From positions 96,001 to 160,000 of IMG/VR virus record IMGVR_UViG_3300025237_000001: a stretch of DNA of 64,000 nt, one strand, 5' to 3'. Source of the DNA: a virus. Below are positions 47,796-56,815 of the stretch, in pieces. Numbering within the stretch: the first letter of the stretch is position 1; each line of letters starts with the position of its first letter. The notes below the pieces were generated by a model. That model saw only the letters and a program-made list of their open reading frames with translations. It had not been told where the DNA came from and made no database searches. Position numbers and translations under genes: made by a program.

Positions 47796-49541
47796 ATGGC
47801 AGAAAAAATCAATATCCCAATTCCAGTTTGTACCGATGTTAACGGAGTTTCATTAAATGAATTCCAATACAACACCGATGGTACAGTTGTTGGCATATTA
47901 AGTAGTGGTGATGAAACTAATTTAAGCTATAACTGCTGTACAGCGGAAGGGTGGTTTTTTGACCCAACTGACACCAAATGCTATTGGGCTGATACGTGTG
48001 TCAATGGTGGTAACTACCACATTGTTTTAGACCCAGCTGGAAACACTGGTGCATATTTCCAAGTCAATGAAGATGAGGAAGATTATTGTTCATTGGAACT
48101 TAATTTTAGTTTCTTATTAAGAGTTGATTGTCAAAAATTAATAGGGGATTTAAAAGGATTTTTAGAAGATATACATTTAGAAGTGGCTATTGAGAAGGTT
48201 ATTTATGACCCATCGTTACCAATTCCAAATAACTTAGAAGAGATTGCAAGAAAAGATTTATTCAACATAGGTGATATCGTTACTTTCCTAGATGGAAATA
48301 TCAACACTGGTATTTTAATGGGTGATAATGAAACTAAAGTCAATAAGAAAATTTCAATACCAGAACCAGAACCAAGAACTTGTGAGAATATCATAAATGA
48401 ATTCTTAGATGATATGGTACCTAATGCTAATGTGGTAAATGATTTCTCGTTAAATTCAGATTGGTTTGAATTTAACTTAACTATCGATAATCCAGCGGTA
48501 TTACAAACAATATTTAATGAAAGAGTTAAAGTTTCCATAATTGGAAATACATTAACTAATTTCGCTATTTTACTAGATGATGTACAATTGAATAAAGTGT
48601 GTAGAGTACCTAATCCACCACCATTCTTGGATGTGGATTGCCCTTCATTTGATTTAAAAAGAATTATAGATAATAAAAAATCTTGGGTTGAGAATTTATC
48701 ATACATTACAAGAGAATTTGATTTAGATAGAAGAGAAACTAAATACGATATTAATCACGAGAAACTTTCAATTAATACAAAAGAAATAGACTTAGCATTA
48801 AACCCAGCGCAAGCAATTGAAAATGATGTGGTTACATCCATTGTTGGTAATGAATGTTTATTAGCACCAGCTACTGGTTGTACATCTAATAAGTCTACAC
48901 ATCAGTGTGTAGATTTAAGACCGTTTATAACCACTGAAATAGTGGATAATGACGATTTAATTAATATGTTAATCGATGTTAAAAATAGGAAAACACTTAG
49001 TGCTTACCCAACTTTAGAGTTAATGTATTATAGATATTTAAATAGTATGGCACATTGTGGTGTTAGTACTAATGCCTTGGATATAGATTCAGTCAATACA
49101 TTCTTAGATTTAATTGGTTACTATTGGTCAGATTTAATTGAACAAGTAGTGCCAGCGACAACGATTTGGGGTTCATCGGTAACAAATGGTGATGGTGGTA
49201 ATAATAGTAGTAGTATTTTTGGTTCTAACAAATTTGTTTATAGAAAAGGAACTAGCTTCTTTTGTACTGAATCAGCTTATTATCCAGTACCAAGTCCAGT
49301 TAATGGAGTTGAAAGTGTTGGTGTACTATCAGAAGATATCACAGATAGGTTAAATAAAAAACTTTCAATACCAGTACCTACAAGATGTGAGTCTATATCA
49401 ATCAAACAACAAAATTATGGTTCAGAATTCTTAGGGACTATAACTCAAAATGGCGATGGTAAAACTCCATCACCATCTGGTAGTACTATTTCAATAACTG
49501 AAACAATTATCGATGAATGTGATTTAATTGAGAAATGTTAA
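47796..49541 (+). CDS. Baseplate-associated structural protein with N-terminal CC module
   Basis: LSYNCCTAEGW...KC and C-terminal YWSDLIEQVVPATTIW; preceded by ATATTTATA (47774-47782). Confidence 0.55.
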   Translation: MAEKINIPIPVCTDVNGVSLNEFQYNTDGTVVGILSSGDETNLSYNCCTAEGWFFDPTDTKCYWADTCVNGGNYHIVLDPAGNTGAYFQVNEDEEDYCSLELNFSFLLRVDCQKLIGDLKGFLEDIHLEVAIEKVIYDPSLPIPNNLEEIARKDLFNIGDIVTFLDGNINTGILMGDNETKVNKKISIPEPEPRTCENIINEFLDDMVPNANVVNDFSLNSDWFEFNLTIDNPAVLQTIFNERVKVSIIGNTLTNFAILLDDVQLNKVCRVPNPPPFLDVDCPSFDLKRIIDNKKSWVENLSYITREFDLDRRETKYDINHEKLSINTKEIDLALNPAQAIENDVVTSIVGNECLLAPATGCTSNKSTHQCVDLRPFITTEIVDNDDLINMLIDVKNRKTLSAYPTLELMYYRYLNSMAHCGVSTNALDIDSVNTFLDLIGYYWSDLIEQVVPATTIWGSSVTNGDGGNNSSSIFGSNKFVYRKGTSFFCTESAYYPVPSPVNGVESVGVLSEDITDRLNKKLSIPVPTRCESISIKQQNYGSEFLGTITQNGDGKTPSPSGSTISITETIIDECDLIEKC

Positions 49542-49592
49542 TTGAATAGGTGTTTTTTTTATATTTATATGAAAGACTAAAAATATTCAAAC

Positions 49593-49886
49593 ATGAGCAT
49601 TAACACAATTAAATTAAAAATTTCTGGAATAACAAACGGTGGATTAAATACTGCATTTGAAATGAGGGATGTCTTAACAGATATTACCGACACTTTTTCA
49701 GGTGCGACAGGGAATACAATTAACCATTTAGGTGAGTATACTGTAGATACTTTACCAACTGGTGTGGTAGGTAATACAGCTTATGTAACAGATGCAATAA
49801 CGCCAACATACTTAAGTACGTTAACAGGTGGTGGAAATATTTATTGCCCAGTATTTCGTAATTTAACTGTTTGGGTGTCACATTAA
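49593..49886 (+). CDS. Small fibre/spike-tip-like protein
   Basis: TVDTLP...GNTAYVTDA...GGG...PVF...W resembles the C-terminal motif of phage fibre/spike proteins; own late motif at 49561-49569. Confidence 0.55.
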   Translation: MSINTIKLKISGITNGGLNTAFEMRDVLTDITDTFSGATGNTINHLGEYTVDTLPTGVVGNTAYVTDAITPTYLSTLTGGGNIYCPVFRNLTVWVSH

Positions 49887-49964
49887 CTCTTTAATTTTTA
49901 ATATTGTTCATTATATTATTATTAATGAATAATTAAAAAATTGATATTTATTAAATAAAGAAAC

Positions 49965-50225
49965 ATGCCGATATTATTAAAGAAAATAGATGGGAGTATT
50001 ATAAGCTTATTTGACAGTAATAACTCAGATTTTGTAGGTGAAATAATACACATAAAAAGAGTTGTTGGTGAATTAGGATTAGAAGACTATATCTTAGTAT
50101 CATCCTTGGAAGGGTTTGTACAAGACTTTTCACGAGTTATTGACGCTGAGTTTTGTGAAACAACCCCTGTGACTTTCGGTCCTAACGGTTGCTCAAATTA
50201 CACGGATTTAAGTTTATCATATTAA
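49965..50225 (+). CDS. Hypothetical late protein
   Basis: 86-aa ORF behind ATATTTATT (49944-49952). Confidence 0.5.
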   Translation: MPILLKKIDGSIISLFDSNNSDFVGEIIHIKRVVGELGLEDYILVSSLEGFVQDFSRVIDAEFCETTPVTFGPNGCSNYTDLSLSY

Positions 50226-51646
50226 TGAGACATCAAGAAAGAGTATATATACAAACTGCACAAACATGTGTAAGGAACAAAATTATTAACATAGTTAATA
50301 TGAGTTCGGATATTTGCGAATTTAATGAACCATCTTTCAGTATGTCAGGTGCTAGTAAAATTATGACTGGTACAACGATTTCTGATGATAATATTCATAT
50401 TGTTGATACAGGAACTACATTTGACTTATCATTCACTTTCACAGGTAATGTGGAGACGTTTATCAATACAGACACAAATTTCAAATACGATATTTACCCT
50501 TACAACTACCCTAGTAGTACATTTACCGCACCACTAATATTTTCATCTGGTGAAATTGGATGGGATACATTTAGTGGTACCTCAGCATTTACGGATACTT
50601 TACTATTTTCGGAATTTGCCGTAGATGGAGAATATCTAGTTAAAGGTAGTTACGATTTTACAACTTGTACAGAGTATTTAAGTGCATTGGGTGATATTAA
50701 CAATACTTCAATGATGATTGGTACCGAATACGGATTATATAACCCAGAATTTGATAGTTATTTTGCTTTAATAAATAAAGCAACAAAACCAGTATTTACA
50801 TTATCACCAACTGATAACACTAGATTAGGTGCTTTAATTGTAGAATCAACTACAGTGTCGGGAGAAACATCTATTACAACCACATCATCATGGCTTGGCT
50901 CACCAATAGTGGCTTTAAATGGTATTTCATTAGCTGAAGGTGAATCTAAAGATTTTGAAACTGTAAATAACACAATATATTTTAATTCACCGTTGGTTAC
51001 ATCGGATATAGTAACAGTAGCATATGTTGGTAGTGGAGCTGAAAATGGATTGGTATCAGAGTCTTTTATAGTTGAAGACCCAATAGTATCAGGGACTACT
51101 GATGGTGAAGGAACCAATCAGTATTACTATAATACCGATATTAGTAAATTTGAGGTTTACATGTTAACAGAAGCAGTAGAATTTAATGACATTATAGTTA
51201 CTTTAAATGGTGTTACATTAGCGAATGTTGCGGATTATAGCCAATCTTTAGTGAACTCTAAAAGAATAATATTAAATGGTATTATACTCGACAAAGATGT
51301 TATCACAATAACATATAATAGTTATGGTACTTTTGTGGGTACAATTTATACCGATAATTTCGAAGTTTTTTGGACCGTAAGCCCACCACCAACTAATACA
51401 TCTGGAATTTTCACTGCAATTGCAGCTGATGATGATTCATTTTCTGGTGGAACAATTATATATAGTGCGACAACTCCATATGTAACGAATCTTAATAGTT
51501 ATTCAACTATTCTTGATGTAAGTGGCTATACTGGAACGACATTATTTTATAAAATCGTCAACCAAAAAGATTTCACTTTAATAATTGATGAGATAATAAC
51601 AACAACAACTGACAGTGATATTATACCAATAACACTTTCATTATAA
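50225..51646 (+). CDS. Putative virion structural protein (Thr/Ser-rich beta domains)
   Basis: Likely start is ATG 50225 (TAATG coupling). Repeated V-x-LNG-x-x-L...DY / DIVTV-x-Y segments are typical of fibre-associated domains. Confidence 0.6.
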   Translation: MRHQERVYIQTAQTCVRNKIINIVNMSSDICEFNEPSFSMSGASKIMTGTTISDDNIHIVDTGTTFDLSFTFTGNVETFINTDTNFKYDIYPYNYPSSTFTAPLIFSSGEIGWDTFSGTSAFTDTLLFSEFAVDGEYLVKGSYDFTTCTEYLSALGDINNTSMMIGTEYGLYNPEFDSYFALINKATKPVFTLSPTDNTRLGALIVESTTVSGETSITTTSSWLGSPIVALNGISLAEGESKDFETVNNTIYFNSPLVTSDIVTVAYVGSGAENGLVSESFIVEDPIVSGTTDGEGTNQYYYNTDISKFEVYMLTEAVEFNDIIVTLNGVTLANVADYSQSLVNSKRIILNGIILDKDVITITYNSYGTFVGTIYTDNFEVFWTVSPPPTNTSGIFTAIAADDDSFSGGTIIYSATTPYVTNLNSYSTILDVSGYTGTTLFYKIVNQKDFTLIIDEIITTTTDSDIIPITLSL

Positions 51647-51675
51647 AAAAAAACGAATAATTTATTGATTTATCA

Positions 51676-51684
51676 ATATTTATA
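51676..51684 (+). promoter_or_regulatory. Putative late promoter motif ATATTTATA
   Basis: 28 nt upstream of ATG 51713; recurrent motif. Confidence 0.6.
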
Positions 51685-51712
51685 ATTAAATTACATATAC
51701 AATAGAAAAGTT

Positions 51713-53767
51713 ATGAGCTATATAATTAAAAGTACGACCCCATTTGCAAGTACAAAGTTAACAGACAAAGGTAGAGAAAAAATTGCTAAAGGGCAATTAA
51801 ACTTCTCCACATGGTCAATTGGTGACTCTGAAATTAACTATGATAGAGAAGTTTTCGTTCAAGGTGACGTTATAACTGGAACTACAAGAGTTTTAAGACC
51901 TAAAGATAAACAACCTAATTTAAAATCCTTAATAAACAATAGTAGTGGATTCAACTCATTTGCGTTTGGTTCAGAGGACATTAGATGTATTAAAGTTACA
52001 GTTGATAATGAAGCTGATGAAAGAGGATTCTTTGAAGGTGATTTAGCCACAGGGTTCGTAACTAGCCTTACTGGGTCAACCAGTGGGTCAACATTACCTG
52101 AATATATTAGACTTTCTGGTGGAACGTTAAATTTTTCAGTTGTAAATGGTGGAACTACAATTGATATTACTGACTCTGGGGCTGTTGAAGGTGATTTCTT
52201 ATTACTAAAAACAGGTTATTCAGATTATACCAATGATGCACCAGAACCACATTTATGGTTTAAAGTACAAGGTGTTGCTGGAAGTGTTATTACAGTAGAT
52301 AGAGAATTACCAAGTTTTACTACTGGTGATACAAAATATATATTATATAAAGGTGGTCAAATTTATGACAACGAACCAGATAGTATCGCATATTGGGATA
52401 CAGGTACATTATCATTTGATAGCTCATGTGATATAACTACTATGGACGTTCCAATGTGGAACATGAACATTCCATATTCAGCTGATATTATTGGAACTAC
52501 AGGAACAACAGAGTATGAAAAACATATTAATTATGGTTCATACGATTATATAAGTCAAAAAGATTCATATTTAGATGATATAACACAAATAGTTACTTCT
52601 GACCAAATTAAAGAAGATTTTGATTCAATGGGAATTATCCATTATTCAAATAAAACGATTTCAAATTTATATGGTGAATTTCTTCATATAGATGGTGCAA
52701 CTAAACAAGTTAAAATTCATTTACCAAATTTAATGTACCATAGAAAAGCTTTTAGTGGTTCAACAACTGGTGATAAAATGGGTATGACATTCATAGCTAG
52801 TGGTACATCAACAACAAATGGTATTGGATTAAGATATGTTTCATTAGTAGAAGATGGGAGTTTAGTAATTAACACCCCTATTGCCATTGGTAGAGTTTAC
52901 CCTGATTTAAAAATCATTGTAATCGATGACCCAGAGGTTCTTGCTGCAATGTCATATAAGTCAAACAGAAATTGGACATTACCTAAATTTAATTTAGCAT
53001 TATCAAACTCTCAAAAGGGTGTAGGTGGTGGACTTTTAAATATAAATGAAACAATATACGTAACATATACACTTGATAATGAAAGTGGTTCAGGTATTGC
53101 ACCAGCGTTACCAAATCAATCTATTGCAAAACTATTAAATAATACCACATCAGAATTAGATGTATTATTTAATATTGAAGATATTAATTTATTTCCATTC
53201 ATGAGAGATGATGACACTACGGACGGATTTTATGCTGACACATTTAAAGTATTATTTCAAATAGTACCTAACGGTGGTACTCTTGAAGCTGATAGTTGGA
53301 GTCAAGTAGATTTCACTTCTTCAGTAAGTGGTGCAACCTTTGTAGATGTGGCAACATTAGAAATGCAAAGTCCATTTGCGGTGACACCTAATTTTAATTT
53401 AAGTGTAGCTTCCACAAGTGGTGCAACGGCATATTCAGTTATTGACACGTTAACTATGCCACCGAGTGTCTCACCAGAATTATTACAATTTGGTGATGAA
53501 AGATTTTTTTATGGAAATGTTGAAACCTTTATTGGTGCAACAATTTACAAAACAATATTCAAAATTTCAATCAATGCTAATGATTTCCGTTCAACTGGGA
53601 ATGCAAGTAAACAACTTATCACAGACACATCACAACCGAATATTAAGGTGAGTGAAGTAGGTATTTATGATTCAGATGGGGATTTAGTAATAATAAGCAA
53701 ACTTAGTGACCCAGTAGAACTGGCATCAGGTAAAACGGTAATTTTAGAATTATCAATGGACTTTTAA
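51713..53767 (+). CDS. Baseplate/fibre-attachment protein (tail-collar-like split domain)
   Basis: N-terminal KLTDKGREKIAKG...GDSEINY and C-terminal SEVGIYDSDGDLVIISKL. Confidence 0.6.
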   Translation: MSYIIKSTTPFASTKLTDKGREKIAKGQLNFSTWSIGDSEINYDREVFVQGDVITGTTRVLRPKDKQPNLKSLINNSSGFNSFAFGSEDIRCIKVTVDNEADERGFFEGDLATGFVTSLTGSTSGSTLPEYIRLSGGTLNFSVVNGGTTIDITDSGAVEGDFLLLKTGYSDYTNDAPEPHLWFKVQGVAGSVITVDRELPSFTTGDTKYILYKGGQIYDNEPDSIAYWDTGTLSFDSSCDITTMDVPMWNMNIPYSADIIGTTGTTEYEKHINYGSYDYISQKDSYLDDITQIVTSDQIKEDFDSMGIIHYSNKTISNLYGEFLHIDGATKQVKIHLPNLMYHRKAFSGSTTGDKMGMTFIASGTSTTNGIGLRYVSLVEDGSLVINTPIAIGRVYPDLKIIVIDDPEVLAAMSYKSNRNWTLPKFNLALSNSQKGVGGGLLNINETIYVTYTLDNESGSGIAPALPNQSIAKLLNNTTSELDVLFNIEDINLFPFMRDDDTTDGFYADTFKVLFQIVPNGGTLEADSWSQVDFTSSVSGATFVDVATLEMQSPFAVTPNFNLSVASTSGATAYSVIDTLTMPPSVSPELLQFGDERFFYGNVETFIGATIYKTIFKISINANDFRSTGNASKQLITDTSQPNIKVSEVGIYDSDGDLVIISKLSDPVELASGKTVILELSMDF

Positions 53768-53770
53768 GAT

Positions 53771-54973
53771 ATGGGATTTATAACAAGCGCAAATACAATA
53801 ACAATTACAGCCAAATTAACTCCATTTGGTAGACAACAATTATTAACCAATAGTAGTAGTATTATTACACAATTTAGTTTGGGTGATAGTGACGCTAGTT
53901 ATTTAGGTGAATTACCCTTAGATATGGGTAAAGTTCCAGCATTATCTGGAGAAATAGGAGTTAATGAATTATTTAGTAATGGACTTTGGTCAGGAGTTGC
54001 CATAGAGTCACCTATTGTTGTAAATGGTTTTGGTGATACAAGAAAACCAGTACAAGCTGGTTCAAATCAAGTAGTTATCACCCCAGTAAGTCAAGGTATT
54101 ACAGGGATTACAGGAACGTCATTGACTCAACTAATAGTTAATAGAACTGAAGGTGATACCGATGGTAATGCTAATTTATTCAAATCATTTGGGTTACCAC
54201 TTACACAAGATGATAAAAACTTATATACAACATTCGTATCACCAACTGGGTATTTAGATACAGCAATTAGAAATTTTAATCAAGATAAAGTATTGGTTAT
54301 TGCAATTGATAAATGTATGTATGGTGAAATTATAGATGGAAAATCGGTTCACGTTGAATTAGAAACTACTGGTGCAACGACATATAACTTATACACAGCA
54401 TTCCAAAAGAGTTTAACACCAAAATCAAGTCTTGATAGTCAAGTGTCAGAAAACTTAGACTTAGGTGCTGGTATTGGTAAGAATATTGCGTTCTTATTTT
54501 CTGATGAAGTTCAGAAACCTAATAGTGACGCAACCAAAAGTTGGGCAACAGGTAGTGGACAAATTAAATCACATAGTCTTAATAGTAAAGAGTCGTTTAA
54601 TTCACTTTCAGTACCATCAACATCAACTAACATGGACCATGCAGTAGGTATCGCTTATCTAGATAAGGGGATTATTGTAATTACACATCCAGATATTGTA
54701 GACAATTACGACCCAATATCTGCCAGTGGGACAACAACAGTAACTTATAATCATATTTCAAATGAAGTTGCTCAAAATATTACATGTGTGGTTGAAAGAA
54801 CTGAGTTTGCTTCAACAACAAACAATACTTGGAGTGATGGTGATTTAATCAGAGTTAGTGAAATGGCATTATATGATACGTTTAATAATGTTATAGCATA
54901 TGCAAAGAGTAACGACCATATTATCATTGGTGCCAGTCAATATATGGTATTAGGTGTTAGAATTTTAGTATAA
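53771..54973 (+). CDS. Baseplate/fibre-attachment protein, paralogous architecture to 51713..53767
   Basis: KLTPFGRQQLL...LGDSDASY and C-terminal SEMALYDTFNNVIAYAKS. Confidence 0.6.
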   Translation: MGFITSANTITITAKLTPFGRQQLLTNSSSIITQFSLGDSDASYLGELPLDMGKVPALSGEIGVNELFSNGLWSGVAIESPIVVNGFGDTRKPVQAGSNQVVITPVSQGITGITGTSLTQLIVNRTEGDTDGNANLFKSFGLPLTQDDKNLYTTFVSPTGYLDTAIRNFNQDKVLVIAIDKCMYGEIIDGKSVHVELETTGATTYNLYTAFQKSLTPKSSLDSQVSENLDLGAGIGKNIAFLFSDEVQKPNSDATKSWATGSGQIKSHSLNSKESFNSLSVPSTSTNMDHAVGIAYLDKGIIVITHPDIVDNYDPISASGTTTVTYNHISNEVAQNITCVVERTEFASTTNNTWSDGDLIRVSEMALYDTFNNVIAYAKSNDHIIIGASQYMVLGVRILV

Positions 54974-55020
54974 AACTTTACTTATTTTTTAAATTATATA
55001 TATTAAGCTCATAAATTAAA

Positions 55021-55683
55021 ATGATGAGTAAAAAACAAGAATATGTATTAGGATTAGATGTGTCAACTAAGACCATCGGTATTGCCTTATATGAGGATTT
55101 AGGTGATAAAGGTAATTTAACTGCGTTAACGCATGTTACCCCTAAAATAAAGCCAGTCCCACCTACAAAGACACAAGAATTATTTGAAAAATGTAATATT
55201 TTTGAAGAACAATGTTTGGATAAATATAAAGATTTGAATATAACTAGAGTTATCATTGAAGAACCTTTGTTAAGGTCTAATAATGTTAACACTGTTGGAA
55301 TTCTATTGAAATTCAATGGTATGATTTCAATGGCTGTTTATAAAAAATTGGGTGTGGTACCAGATTTCATCTCGGTATTTGATGCTAGAGCATTTGGGTT
55401 TCCTCAATTAATGGCTATTAGAACTCATAATAAGAAAGGTGAAAGATACCCAGAAAAAGAGATTCAGAAAAAGATAGATGCAGATAAGAAAACGTTGTTT
55501 GGTGCTTATGATTGGAAAATCGATAAGAAAACAGTTATTTGGGAGTTAGTCGCTGACTTATACCCACTAATAAAATGGACATACAATAGAAATATGGTCC
55601 TAGCTAAAGAAAATTACGATATGACCGATGCGGCTACCGCTGTTGAAGGTTATATGAATAAAATCGGCAATTGGAAAAAATAA
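55021..55683 (+). CDS. ruvC: RuvC-like Holliday junction resolvase
   Basis: VLGLDVSTKTIGIA, VIIEEP and DMTDAA acidic catalytic motifs of the RNase H fold. Confidence 0.8.
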   Translation: MMSKKQEYVLGLDVSTKTIGIALYEDLGDKGNLTALTHVTPKIKPVPPTKTQELFEKCNIFEEQCLDKYKDLNITRVIIEEPLLRSNNVNTVGILLKFNGMISMAVYKKLGVVPDFISVFDARAFGFPQLMAIRTHNKKGERYPEKEIQKKIDADKKTLFGAYDWKIDKKTVIWELVADLYPLIKWTYNRNMVLAKENYDMTDAATAVEGYMNKIGNWKK

Positions 55684-55701
55684 TCGGTAATGCCGATTTA
55701 C

Positions 55702-55795
55702 TATCTGGCAATTAACGGTAAGAAAAATACTAATGAACCCTTGTTTTTACTACAAAAAACAAGGGTTCATTTTTTTATCTGGTAATTAACGGTAA
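55702..55795. repeat. 20-bp direct repeat pair flanking a perfect 17-bp hairpin
   Basis: TATCTGG(C/T)AATTAACGGTAA at 55702-55721 and 55776-55795. AATGAACCCTTGTTTTT (55732-55748) / AAAAACAAGGGTTCATT (55755-55771). Confidence 0.85.
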
Positions 55796-55802
55796 TTATA
55801 AT

Positions 55803-55833
55803 TTTGATTTCCGATAAAAAATGAGTATATTTG
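55803..55833 (+). promoter_or_regulatory. Bacteroidota-type promoter for primase
   Basis: TTTG (55803-55806), 19 nt, TATATTTG (55826-55833). Confidence 0.7.
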
Positions 55834-55837
55834 CAAA

Positions 55838-56815
55838 ATGTCAATGATAGTAAATATATTAGAAAACTTTCTTGGAACTCCTTTTTCACATTATGAAGGG
55901 AAGTCCCAAGTCGCTTTCGATTGCCCTATGTGTGCCGAAGACAAGGGTATGTATGATGGTGATGGGAGAGGTAATCTTGCTGTCAACTACAAACAAGGTG
56001 TATATAAGTGTTGGTCATGTTGGGAACGTAACAATATGTATGGGTCATTACTATGGTTAATACAAAAATACGGTAATAAACAACATTACAAAGATTATTT
56101 ATTAATCGCACCTAAGATTATTCATGATAGACATAAAAAGGAAATCGATGAGGTAATCATCAAAGTAAAATACCCCGAATCTTATAAAAAATTTAGTGAA
56201 AGCACACCATATCATACACAATATGGTGAGGCGAATAGATATGTTAAGGGTAGAGGTCTCCCAGATTCCATTTTAAAGCGATTTAACGTAGGTTTTACAT
56301 GTGATGGTAGAAGAAGAGAAAGAATCATAATTCCATCCTATGACATCAACGGAGAGCTTAATTACTACATTGCTAGGTCATGGAATAAATGGAACAAGGC
56401 TAAATATATGAATCCTGAATCTGACGTAGAAGCCAAAAGTAAACAAGATATCATTTTCAATGAAGGTTTGATTAATTGGGATTCTACAATTTATTTAGTG
56501 GAAGGTGCATTTGACCATATTGTAACTCCAAACTCAATTCCATTATTAGGTAAGTTTATATCAGAAATCTTATTCGATACCCTTCAACGTAAAGCGAAGG
56601 GTGATATTGTAATAGTATTAGATGGTGGTAACGAAGAAAAAAGGGATGCGTTATTATTATATAAGCGATTAAACACACTTAACCTATACAATAGAATTAA
56701 AATAGTTTATTTGCTCGATAAATTTGATTTATCTTTAATATATGAGAAATCTGGACCAAAGGGAATTATGACTACATTGAAAACCGCTCATAAACTCCAA
56801 GAGAGTAGATTGTAA
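55838..56815 (+). CDS. dnaG: DNA primase (Zn-binding domain + TOPRIM)
   Basis: CPMC...CWSC zinc ribbon, RIIIPSYD, YYIARS, LVEGAFD and VLDG. Confidence 0.88.
   Translation: MSMIVNILENFLGTPFSHYEGKSQVAFDCPMCAEDKGMYDGDGRGNLAVNYKQGVYKCWSCWERNNMYGSLLWLIQKYGNKQHYKDYLLIAPKIIHDRHKKEIDEVIIKVKYPESYKKFSESTPYHTQYGEANRYVKGRGLPDSILKRFNVGFTCDGRRRERIIIPSYDINGELNYYIARSWNKWNKAKYMNPESDVEAKSKQDIIFNEGLINWDSTIYLVEGAFDHIVTPNSIPLLGKFISEILFDTLQRKAKGDIVIVLDGGNEEKRDALLLYKRLNTLNLYNRIKIVYLLDKFDLSLIYEKSGPKGIMTTLKTAHKLQESRL

Noticed and set aside
55021-55683. TnpB/Cas12-like nuclease
   Set aside because: Only 220 aa with contiguous RuvC motifs, no zinc finger or recognition lobe, and no transposon ends. The context fits a phage Holliday-junction resolvase.
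55702-55795. Mini CRISPR array
   Set aside because: Only two 20-bp repeats, and the intervening 54 bp is itself a palindrome. No cas genes or further repeat-spacer units.
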